From: Laetmonice hystrix
Lineage: Eukaryota
Direction of reading: 5' to 3'
DNA length: 64,000 bases
Assembly (NCBI GenBank): GCA_965235115.1
Contig: OZ249441.1
Span: 7,564,001-7,628,000 of the forward strand
Shown: piece after piece, positions 23,801 to 35,800 of the stretch
Numbering within the stretch: the first letter of the stretch is position 1
Layout: the number at the start of each line of letters is the position of its first letter
The notes under the pieces: generated by a model
What the model saw: the letters and a program-made list of their open reading frames with translations, nothing else
Database searches by the model: none
Told to the model about the DNA's origin: nothing
Translations under genes and position numbers: made by a program

Positions 23801-26800
23801 CCGATGCCCGTCCTGAGAGACTGTGGTGGGACGAGTGTCGTGGATTGAACAGACCGTTAGGGAGTTATAGATTGACCACCGAGGACACAGACCAGACAGC
23901 CCTAGCCTTCATGACAGACCCCACGGGGCCATGGTCACATGACCAGTTCTGGTCGCAGCCGGGAGATCCATCAGGCACTGCGCGCCACGCATGCGCCCAC
24001 GCCCAGACTGCATGCACCACGCACTACCCGGTCAATAGTTCAATAAATCATCGCTATCTAACGGTAGAGGTCGTTAAACCTAACAAATAACCACTACCTT
24101 CTGTGCCGCCACCACTAGCGCCACCTGTTGGTCCCCCAGGAAATCAACCCCTGTGTTAGCGCCCCCTTGTGGCGGCGAGTTTGGGGTTGTACGGTAATAT
24201 GGTTTCAAGTTCCGGTCGCTATATTCACAAAGCGATACATGCAGACATCCAGGGGTTGTCGACTGGGGGCTACGATTGACAGTACCTGGATGATTTCCCA
24301 GGACAATAAAACTTAGTTTACAAAAAATATGAAATATGAGAATGTGAACAAATATACGGATAAAATGTTGTTGACCTCAACCGTGGTGGTGTGCGTCATG
24401 TCTGTAATAACTGACCAGCTTCACACAAGTTTCCTAGAGTAATTATACTGTTCCATTCCCGATAGCTGGTCATACAAGGTGGTGTGCGTCATGTAATATC
24501 TGACCAGCTTCACACAAGTTTCCTGGAGTAATTATACTGTTCCATTCCCGATAGCTGGTCATACAAGGTATAGGACATCACTCCGGACCACCTGGTACAG
24601 TACAGATCATGTTTCTGCAGTTTTGTATTAAAGTTTATTATGAGGTTTGCATTACACAACAGTAATTTTAACTTCAGCCTGCAGTTCTCATCAGGAAAGG
24701 TCACATCCAGATAGGTTGATTCGTATTACTGGTAATTTAGTGATAGAAATTCATTAAGTGATGAAGGAGGGACAGGATGTGGAGGAGAAGGAGCAAGAGG
24801 AGCGGGGAGGAGGAGGGAAGAGGAGGTTAACCTTTCCAAAGGTTCCTTCTCTCAGAAATTAAATCCAGCGAGATTAAATCTTGAAGTAAGCTGACGTATC
24901 ACATGTCAGCTCCACATGGTAATAACTCATCAACATAGGCTCCACCGATCGCTCGCTGATCTTGAATTGGATTAACAGATAATCTGGAAGAACACATTTG
25001 TAATCCATACTTTACTATGCATCGCGCACCAAATTAATCAGAAATCCGATCGCTGTTAATGATTGACGCAAATAAGGGAAGTCTCTGTGAACAGTGATAG
25101 AGTGATCGTTGATATATCCCATCACATGGCGAGCATCACAGACGGGGCAACGTTATACATCAGGCCTCGCGATCGGCAGATAAACAAATGACATATCACA
25201 GGTAAACAAATGATATATCAGATATAAACAAATGACATATCACAGGTAAACAAATGATATATCACAGGTAAACAAATGATATATCACAGGTAAACAAATG
25301 ATATATCACAGGTAAACAAATGATATATCAGATATAAACAAATGATATATCACAGGTAAACAAATGACATATCACAGGTAAACAAATGATATATCACAGC
25401 TAAACAAAGGATATATCACAGCTAAACAAAGGATATACATGCTACATAATTATATAGACAAATGACATTTATTTGAACCGGGGAGTATCCCGAACTGGGG
25501 AAGGTCTACTCATACATCAGACCTCGGCAGATAAACAAATGATATATCACAGCTAAAACAAATGAGATATCCCTTCAAATGGTAAGTATTCCGGACCCAT
25601 ACATCAGACCTCAGCCTGATAAACAAAGGCGCTCCGCCAGGTGGCGCTCAGCGTGGATATTCTCCCCCTAATGAAGACAGAGGAGGGCCTCCCAGGCAGC
25701 CATAAAACTCACAACTCCTGGTGGCAATCCGAAGCCAGGTTTGTTTTTGGTGAGACACCATGTAACCATGTTTGATGGATCGATCGACGCTCACCAACCG
25801 TACGTTACCAGGCTCCACTCTTCTTATCCTGTTAGATAATACTTAATGAGTGGATAAACTTCATCGTCTTCTACACTCGCTTCTATCCAGTCCTGACAAA
25901 ATGAGCATTTGTCTGGATACTCACACAAGATATCAATCGCTAACTAGACACACACAATCTCATAGAAAAAGTATACTCTCATAATCCCAATAAATAACTC
26001 ATTAAGGCTCGGAGTTCATGGTGGTCGCCAAGACTACCATGTAGAATAAGTTACACTCTGTGAGAACACGTTGAGGGTCACGTGATACGGCATACTTACG
26101 GCAGGAGGGCACTTTACATCGTTTCTTCTTCTCGAGTTTCTTGGGGCATGGCTTGCCTCCGTTCAGTGGGTCCCGTTTGATCATTCGTCTCTTGAACTTG
26201 TACGCCTTGCCACAGGTGGCTGAGCACTCAGAGTATTCCGACCATGGAGTGACCATACAGTCGACTGACTCAGTGTGCGTATCACCCTGGAGTTCGGGAG
26301 GACTCTCTCCTCCGTCCTCCTCCCCCTGCCCTCGTTCACGATTCCTATGACGGTTACTTTTCGAATTTCTATTTCGGTTCCGGTTGTTATTGCCTCTTTT
26401 TTTGCTGCCGGTTTGTTGTCTGTTTTTCTCTCTTTTGTTTGCTGCAAACATTAGGAGGAGAAAAAGGTTGTTCATTAAAACTCTCTAACACCAATGTCAA
26501 TATTGTCAGGCGAGTACTGAATGCCCTGCTGTTCATTACCGCTGGCGTAGTGGTCCCAAGTTTCTGATTTAAATCTCTGTGTATTTATAATATTAAATGA
26601 TTTATATGAAACGGGACCAAATAACAGGATATAAGAGGCATATAACGGTATTCATCATTTCAATGAGCTCATGTCTCCCCGATGGCCTCATACATTAGGA
26701 TCTGTACAGACGACCCAGTTTATTCTGTAATGTCTCTCTTCTATCCTACTTTTCGCCTTGGCTTTATCTAAACCATGATGAACAGCAGAGATTCACACTC

Positions 26801-29800
26801 TACATACCTATACTCTAAAACAAATGTCTTGGCTTGGGAGAATCTAAAATATGATTGATATTAAGATTTTCAAGAACATAAAATAACCTATAAATAATAG
26901 GGATACATAACTAAAGCGTTTCCCTTAAAAAGTGAAACTCATTTCGAATCTTACTCTACAGTATTCAATAAATAGGTAAAAATAACAAGATAGCCTCTAT
27001 CAATAAGAAAACAAAATGGCCCTACATCATGTTCCAAATCATATGAACAATTCAATTTCTCAAATTTACAGACCAATAGAACGAAATACGTAAGTTGCTA
27101 ACGGCATATGCACTTATACTAATGAAACTCAGCACGCAGTGGAAGGCAGAGAAAGCATTACAACTAACAAAGCCTCTATTTTACTGTGAAACATGATGGT
27201 CTTGCTCTGGGAATAATAACGAATGTGGTGCAAACTCAACTCTCCAAACAAATGATCTCCGAAGTGTTCTACTTGTGATAATGACAATGAAAAGCGCACA
27301 ATATGACCATTTTCTTTCATAATAACATCTTCGGTCTGTGCCAAATGTTTTCTTGGTTGAAAAGACCTGGTTATAAGTGAGTCGGGTATGAGATAACATT
27401 TTGTCTGTGCAGTACACGATCATGTCTCACATGAAGTAACCGCATCTTCCGGTCGCCCACCTCGAGTCATGTGCTCCACACACATGTCATTACATTCTTC
27501 TACTGATCGGAAACGGTTGTTGTTGCCCCGGCAACCGCCATACGTAAACTGGAGACATTTCTCCATGGTCGTGTCATAGTACCAGCGGAAAAACCGTCCG
27601 CGACATGGCCCCACATCGACGGTCAGAGCACATATTGCTGGAAGAAATGTCACAATAACCACGCTTCATAAACCATTTCTACAATCACTCACATTATTAC
27701 ATTTCAACATGCAAAAATAAAATTAAACTTCCAATATTGCCGCTCAATCTCTTCCTCGTCACTGGGTTGTGGAATAGGAAGAAAGAATCCATAGATTCAA
27801 ATAGACCTCATCTGTGCTCCAATGTAGTTTTTGTGATCAATAACATTTTTAAAACAAACGGGCTAAAATCAGATTTCGAGGCCTATTTCATTCTGTCCTT
27901 GAGTTCTTGTCCGAACTGTTATTTAAATAAAATTATTTTGAATATTAGGGCGATGATTGCTGAACTCACCTGTAAAATTTTTCGTCGCCAGGGCCTTTTC
28001 ACAATCAATATCTTTGGCCATGCAGACATCATGCTCATCTGTTTCCCTGGAACACCTCTTCATATCCATTTTGTTGAGGTAGTACCTGAACAAAGGCAAA
28101 CTCTTTGTTAAACCTGGATGTGTAACCTTATCTTGTAGGGATATCAAGTCGGCCTTCTGAACACTAGCAGGACGAAAGATTACAAATTAACTTACAATAT
28201 CCATATTAGATTTATCTGAAAAAGCTTAATATTTCCGTTTCAAAAGAGAGTGGCTGCATGTATCAATAGGGGAGACCATGCTTTGTCCGCGCCTTCTCCG
28301 GTAACCAGTTCCGGTTATGCGCAGAAGCTGCTGGCGGTTTGTATGATGACGTGTACCTTCTCCTCTCGCGAGATCCCTTGCCACACGTGACGCTGCACGG
28401 CGACCAATCCGACCAGGCGGTCACAGCACACTCGTCTCCGACTTTCTCACATTCGTTCTCAATACCGATACAATTCTCCGTCTCCATGGTCGGCTGCCCA
28501 CACATGTCCTCATCAACCATCGGGTTAAAATACATCCTCTTCCTGAACCTCTGCCCCACCCCACACGTCACACTGCACTCTGACCAATCCCCCCAGTCAC
28601 TGAGCGCACACTTTCCTGAAACAGTCACAGCATGCACATTTAGTGACTCCTTGCCCATGGCAGACAATAAGACATTTCGTATGTAATTTGAACACACAGG
28701 GTATTATTGAATATCTTTGTGTGTCGAACTGACAGTAGGATAACCCGAGGACGATGGTTAACGGAGTATGTATGACATAATGCACCTCGGATACGTGAGA
28801 ACTTTTAGATGGAACTTGAGGATCACTGTACAGGACCGTATGACCGTATCAATCCCTGCTCACATAACTCTCGCCATATAGTCAATTTGACGACCTCCCT
28901 GTACTGGCCGGGGCTGCCATGGTAATAACAGTATCTGCATGCTAACATATTCACCAAACTTGGCGGCAAGAAAAAAAAACAGGGCCTCCGCCGGGTCTTG
29001 AAAAACTTGAATTAGCATAAACTAAAATCAAGGCCGGAATGTCCCTGATTGGCACTGTTTCCGTCCAGCCCAGGGTGTACTAAACTCCAGAACGATCACA
29101 CGGACTGCCCTCGGTCTCGTCATTAATGACCTTGTTGTGACTAAATCGGCGGAGATACTGAAAAATGTATTACTACTCTTACCCTCAAATCAACCCTATG
29201 ACTTCCTCCCAAAGAACTCATGCCTGTCCCTATCCCTGCTCCCGCCCCTATCCCTGCCCCTGCCCCTATCCCTGCCCCTGCCCCTATCCCTGCCCCTGCC
29301 CCTATCACAAACCTCGGTGAGGAATACCTCAGATAACTGACCTTGTTTCATCATCATTAACTTCTTGCGTTCCATGTCCGTAAGATGTGACATATCGTCC
29401 GTGTCACTCAGTCCCTCCAGGTCAGGTGTGCTCAGATCAACGTCTGTCTCGTTACCATAGCAGATCGGGGAGGCGCCAGGTTTGGGGTGGATTCGGCGGA
29501 TTGTCAGACGAGCCAGGGGTTTCATGGGATTCGGCCCGTAAAACGGGGACGCTGGGTTGTTAGGGAAGGTGTTACTGATCCGGTGGATCTTCTGCTGCGG
29601 GTCGCTCTTCATGTTCCGGGACTGTAAATAATAAAACAATTTATGAACAACTTCTGCTGCGGGTCGCTCTTCATGTTCCAGGACTGTAAATATAAAACAA
29701 TTTATAAACAACTTCTGCTGCGGTGCTCTCTTTATGTCCCGGTACTGTAAATATAAAACAATTTATGAACAACTTCTGCTGCGGGTCGCTCTTCATGTTC

Positions 29801-32800
29801 CGGGACTGTAAATATAAAACAATTTATAAACAACTTCTGCTGCGGTGCTCTCTTTATGTCCCGGTACTGTAAATATAAAACAATTTATGAACAACTTCTG
29901 CTGCGGGTCGCTCTTCATGTTCCGGGACTGTAAATATAAAACAATTTATAAACAACTTCTGCTGCGGTGCTCTCTTTATGTCCCGGTACTGTAAATATAA
30001 AACAATTTATGAACAACTTCTGCTGCGGTGCTCTCTTCATTCATGTTCCGGGACTGTAAATATAAAACAATTTATGAACAACTTCTGCTGCGGGTCGCTC
30101 TTCATGTTCTGGGACTGTAAATATAAAACAATTTATGAACAACTTCTGCTGCGGGTCGCTCTTCATGTTCCGGGACTGTAAATAATAAAACAATTTATGA
30201 ACAACTTCTGCTGCGGTGCTCTCTTCATGTTCCAGTACTGTAAATATAAAACAATTTATGAACAACTTCTGCTGCGGGGCTCTCTTCATGTTCCGGGACT
30301 GTAAATATAAAACAATTTATGAACAACTTCTGCTGCGGGTCGCTCTTCATGTTCCGGGACTGTAAATAATAAAACAAATTATGAACAACTTCTGCTGCGG
30401 GTCGCTCTTCATGTTTCGGGACTGTAAATAATAAAACAATTTATGAACAACTTCTGCTGCGGGTCGCTCTTCATGTTCTGGGAAGGCAAACATCAATTTA
30501 TTGACATGATTAAAAAAGAACATTTAAAAAGTTTTGACATTTGTTTAGTTTATCTTATCATCGACGTGGAAACAATAAGTCTTCTTAATCCAACTGACAG
30601 ACACAATAAGCTGTCAGAGTTAAAGGGCATAGGTAAAGCTCAGCCGAGCAGGGCCCCACAGTCAGGATTTCTTTTTCTTCTCACGTTTTGCAAAAACACT
30701 ATGACTGATTAGTTTTCGTCATCCTATTTTATTAAACAATTCCTGGAAGGAAGAATATGACCGAATGAAAATCTAAGGTGAAGAGGGATTAAAACTTGCC
30801 GTACCATGTAAGTAATTCCGTCATCAGTGCCGCCGTCCCATGGGTAGAGGTCAATGGACATGTCCCCTGCCCATGTACAGTTAGGTAGACACAGGTTTAA
30901 CGCACTCACACCTGTGATACAAACAACGGATATCATCACATACGGAAGGATCAGAATAAAACTTACCTACTGAAATACTGGATTACGAAAATCATGACAT
31001 AATTAAATCTAAGTTCCCATAAATCGAAATCAGTTTTCTGTGATAACCCCTCTGGTTTACAAAACAACCGTATGCAGAAACTTTCCTGAAAGAGATTATT
31101 TGCTAACTTGATCCTGCAGACCGAGTCTGATGGACATATCTTCACGTACCGACACACCAGTCAGGGCTGGGTCCAAGCATGGTGATCATAGTAAGGAGAT
31201 GGCTTCGGCGGTCTACACTGAACCTGGCCCATCGTGACTGACGCAGGCCTTGTGGGTCGCTCCACCAAATACCGGGAGTCTTCACTACTGTCCGGATGTC
31301 TCGACTCTGACGGTGGAAAACAAGACAAAATACTTTGAAGTAGGGGGTCGTAATCTAAGATTGAAAGTTATATTTAGCAAAGTCTCAGATGGTTCACTTC
31401 TCCCCATGGCTCACTCCTCCCCACTCTCCCCTACAGTTCGTACATTTACTTCTGCTCTTACAACTTTGGTTAAATATATTGAACATTTCTTCGTCTAGTT
31501 AAATTTTTATTCATTTATTTCACCTTTTACTTTTATGAATAGATAATTATGTAAATGAATAGATAAATAACCAGTGGTAACGTTTTCTGTAGGAAAGCGA
31601 CCTAGTCCTTACATGTTGCCTCATCTCCTGTTCCAGAGTTCGAGGGTAGCCGAACTCACAGACCTCCTTCACCCCCTTACTGGCGTACCCTCCGTACTGC
31701 CAGATTGTATAACTCCTACTGTGTGAGGCACCGACAATGTTTGACCAATGTAACAACCGACGATCTGAAACAGGCGATATATACGGTCACATCACGCTGT
31801 CATTTTGGACTTCATAGTCTTCATGTCATTCATACACGATTTTATAATACGGACTATTGGAAACTGTCATGTGTTTGGTTGAATCCTTTACTCCATGACC
31901 ATGCCCTGTCATATTTGTGTACCCATCCCTTAAACACCCCGACCTTCTGAAAGCGGGACAAAGTGAGCACACGTCATCAGGAATGTTTCGCGTCTTTCAA
32001 CCAGGAGGGCGCCACCATCTGAAGGTGGTTGGCCTGCCCCCTGGCGGAGAGTGAGATATGTGGTCCATCGCGACGTCTTGGACAATTAAAGCCATAAGAC
32101 GAAGGTGACAAACTCCAGCGTATTACACATGTCAATTAAGAGATACAATCTATCAATGCAATTACGGCGCGAAGAAACATAAATGAGCTGGAAACAGAAC
32201 AGTTGGCCAGGAAAACGGTCACGTAAATAACCGTACAGAAACCAACTGGCTTCGACGTCTTTTATTCTGTCTCAGTCAATAATAACTTGTCTCCTTTACA
32301 CAGACTGGGAGACATCGCCGCTCCGGGAACAATGTCTCTTATGTTTACATTCATGATTAAAACACATGTAGGATTCCCTTGGAAGATTTGTACAATTGCT
32401 CTCCCGCCGAGGTGGCTTAATATTAGGTTTCTACTGTGCTACATTCTTGTAATTTGACATTGCGGCATTATTCATAGATGACAGAACGGTTCTGAGTACA
32501 CAACAATCACCATCAGTGATTCCGAATGAGTGGAATCTAGCACAGCAATCAATTCTCAACACCATCCAAGGTACAGCAATGTGTGGAAGTTTATCATGTT
32601 AATACGGTCCTGTGCAGGGACAGAATATATCAGCTTTCTTTATTGGAAGTACGACAGTCCAGATTTCTCATTACAACTGTATTTCTATAGAACCTGAAGC
32701 ACATGCATCCCTTCCCGCCAATACTTGGTTTCTCAGCGATTCAAACATTTAAACGTGGATCATCCCCCAGCATTATTCCTCGTTTGAGACTTTGTTTGGC

Positions 32801-35800
32801 GGGAGGAAGGGGGAGGGGGGTCGTCATAGACTTATTGCATCAGGTGAGGACAACGATGTGAATTATATTTCAGAGACCATTCGAATCTGACTGGACAATT
32901 TTTGCAGACCGGATGCAGACCGGGTTGGAGGAACGAGAGCGAGGCTTTCCTCAACTGCCAGCCTCTTTGTGATCACCGGAAGTACCACGTGATCGTGCTC
33001 CCAGTATCTGGGACGTCGATCGCCAGAGGTCGCCACCCTTGCTTGGCTGAGCGCGTGGTGGGGGGAGCCTACCCCTAGGCGTTCAGGGCAATTACAATAA
33101 AAACTCACGCCATTTCATTTCAAATCAAAAAATGGATAATTTAATTGTTAGATTTCTAAGAGTATCTGGGCCAACGATATGGAAGACTGGTTGAGTTAAT
33201 TGTAGCGGGGCCGTGTGGTCTCTGGGTGTGGCTGGGTCGACAGGTGGACAGGTGCCGTGTGGTCTCTGGGTGTGGCTGGGTCTCTGGGTATGGCTGGGTC
33301 TCTGGGTGTGGCTGGGTCTCTGGGTGTGGCTGGGTCAACAGGTGGACAGGTGCCGTGTGGGGCCGTGTGGTCTCTGGGTGTGGCTGGGTCTCTGGGTGTG
33401 GCTGGGTCTCTAGATGTGGCTGGGTCTCTGGGTATGGCTGGGTCTATGGGTGTGGCTGGGTCTCTGGGTGTGGCTGGGTCTCTGGGTGTGGCTGGGTCTC
33501 TGGGTGTGGCTGGGTCTCTGGGTGTGGCTGGGTCTCTGGGTGTGGCTGGGTCTCTGGGTGTGGCTGGGTCTCTGGGTGTGGCTGGGTCTCTGGGTGTGGC
33601 TGGGTCTCTGGGTGTGGCTGGGTGTCTGGGTATGGCTGGGTCTCTGGGTATGGCTGGGTCTCTGGGTATGGCTGGGTCTCTGGGTATGGCTGGGTCTCTG
33701 GGTATGGCTGGGTCTCTGGGTGTGGCTGGGTCTCTGGGTGTGGCTGGGTCTCTGGGTGTAGCTGGGTCTCTGGGTATGGCTGGGTCTCTGAATGGCTGGG
33801 TCTCTGGGTGTGGCTGGGTCGACAGGTGGACAGGTGCCGTGTGGTGGTCTCTGGATGTGGCTGGGTCTCTAGATGTGGCTGGGTCTCTGGGTGTGGCTGG
33901 GTCTCTGGGTGTGGCTGGGTCTCTGGGTGTGGCTGGGTCTCTGGGTGTGGCTGGGTCTCTGGGTGTGGCTGGGTCTCTGGGTGTGGCTGGGTCTCTGGGT
34001 GTGGCTGGGTCTCTGGGTGTGGCTGGGTCTCTGGGTGTGGCTGGGTCTCTGGGTGTGGCTGGGTCTCTGGGTGGCTGGGTCTCTGGGTGTGGCTTGGTCT
34101 CTGGGTGTGTCTGGGTCTCTGGGTGTGGCTGGGTCTCTGGGTGTGGCTGGGTCTCTGGGTGTGGCTGGGTCGAGAGGTGGACAGGTGCCGTGTGGTCTCT
34201 GGGTGTGGCTGGGTCTCCGGGTGTGGCTGGGTCTCTGGGTGTGGCTGGGTCGAGAGGTGGACAGGTGCCGTGTGGTCTCTGGTTGTGTCTGGGTCTCTGG
34301 GTGTGGCTTGGTCTCTGGGTGTGTCTGGGTCTCTGGGTGTGGCTGGGTCTCTGGGTGTGGCTGGGTCTCTGGGTGTGGCTGGGTCTCTGGGTGTGGCTGG
34401 GTCTCTGGGTGTGGCTGGGTCTCTGGGTGTGGCTGGGTCTCTGGGTGTGGTTTGGTCTCTGGGTGTGGCTGGGTCTCTGGGTGTGGTTTGGTCTCTGGGT
34501 GTGGCTGGGTCTCTGGGTGTGGCTGGGTCTCTGGGTGTGGCTGGGTCTCTGGGTGTGGCTGGGTCTCTGGGTGTGGCTGGGTCTCTGGGTGTGGCTAGAT
34601 CGAGAGGTGGACAGGTGCGGGCTTGTCTGGCTGCTCCTCAATCCCTTACACCTCCTGTACGGCTCCTACCTCGGAACTGGTACTGCAGTTTCAAATTTCG
34701 ACCATTGGTTAACCTTCTAGCAGCTTTAATCTTATGTAGGACGTCCCCGTAAGACGTTCAAACTGGGCTGGAGGGCCGGGGGGGGGGGGGGGCGTAGGGC
34801 GGGGTCCATCACCACCCCCACCCCCCGTCGTTGGGTTGACTGCCACCACCTATACCTGTCTCATACCTCTCATTGCGAGTAAGTGGCGCCCAATGCCTGA
34901 ACCGGAACCCATCACGTCGTTTTGTTTCAGGTGTTTGAGGTGTCACCGTGACGGTTCTCGACACCGTTATAATAACCAGAGCGTTGTTACCACAACAATC
35001 ACGCCCTTTGTTTCCCATGCCATTCACCAATCATTCCGGAGCATGCTTTGTCACTTCCGGATGTTTACTATTTAAGACGCTGTTCTGATTATTAATTAGT
35101 TAGCAGTTAGGCTAATTACATTGGGAATGATTTTGCTGATGCACTCCAAAATAGGCCGAGTATAGATGGCTGTGACATGTTGGTGCAAATAATGGAATCA
35201 CAATCAAAAAGTGTTCAAACTGGAATCTGCCTTCAAATCATCGGAGCACATCACTGTAAGTTTGACTACCTCAGGAGGATTTGAAATAAAAATGGCAGCT
35301 GTGCACGGGGATTATGAATTATAATATTGATATCACAGCAAAGTTATTGAGGAACTGTAAAAAATTTACAAAATAAACTTTAATGTAATTTGAACTGTCA
35401 CAAATCACTTGTTTGCAGCCTGTTTTATCTCAATAAATCAAATTCTTGAAAAAGAGTCTTTAAAATTGATTTTCAATACGGGAATTGTCTCAGAGACTGG
35501 GAAATGAGATAGAATTGTTCATAAAATTTGCAGGAAGTCCTTTTTGGAACCTGATGGATGATCTGCGGTAAGGGCAAATTAAATCCTGAATATTAAAGTG
35601 GTTCAAGCCTGGCATCTCGGTAAAGATTACGCCCGAATCAAATCCAGATTGTGTGCAGAATGATTCTCACAGCGAAGTCCTGGGGTAAAGTTAGACCAAA
35701 TCTTCCCTCTTGGACTGCTCCTTAAATATCTGTCCAGGTCTGAATGTATTCCACTTAATTTAGATTAAGCGGAATATCTGAATTAAATATGACTGCCTGC

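Larger units (their letters stand above)
23278..25649. promoter_or_regulatory. Cluster of four CTCF-like motifs
   Basis: Minus: 23278-23293 CGGCTAGGTGGCGCTG, 24116-24131 CCAACAGGTGGCGCTA, 24157-24172 CCACAAGGGGGCGCTA. Plus: 25634-25649 CCGCCAGGTGGCGCTC. All are close to the CCACCAGGGGGCGC consensus. Confidence 0.5.

Noticed and set aside
33196-34752. Long ORFs of 480-508 aa on both strands
   Set aside because: Stop-free translations of an 18-bp tandem repeat in several frames; they lie within an F-spondin intron.
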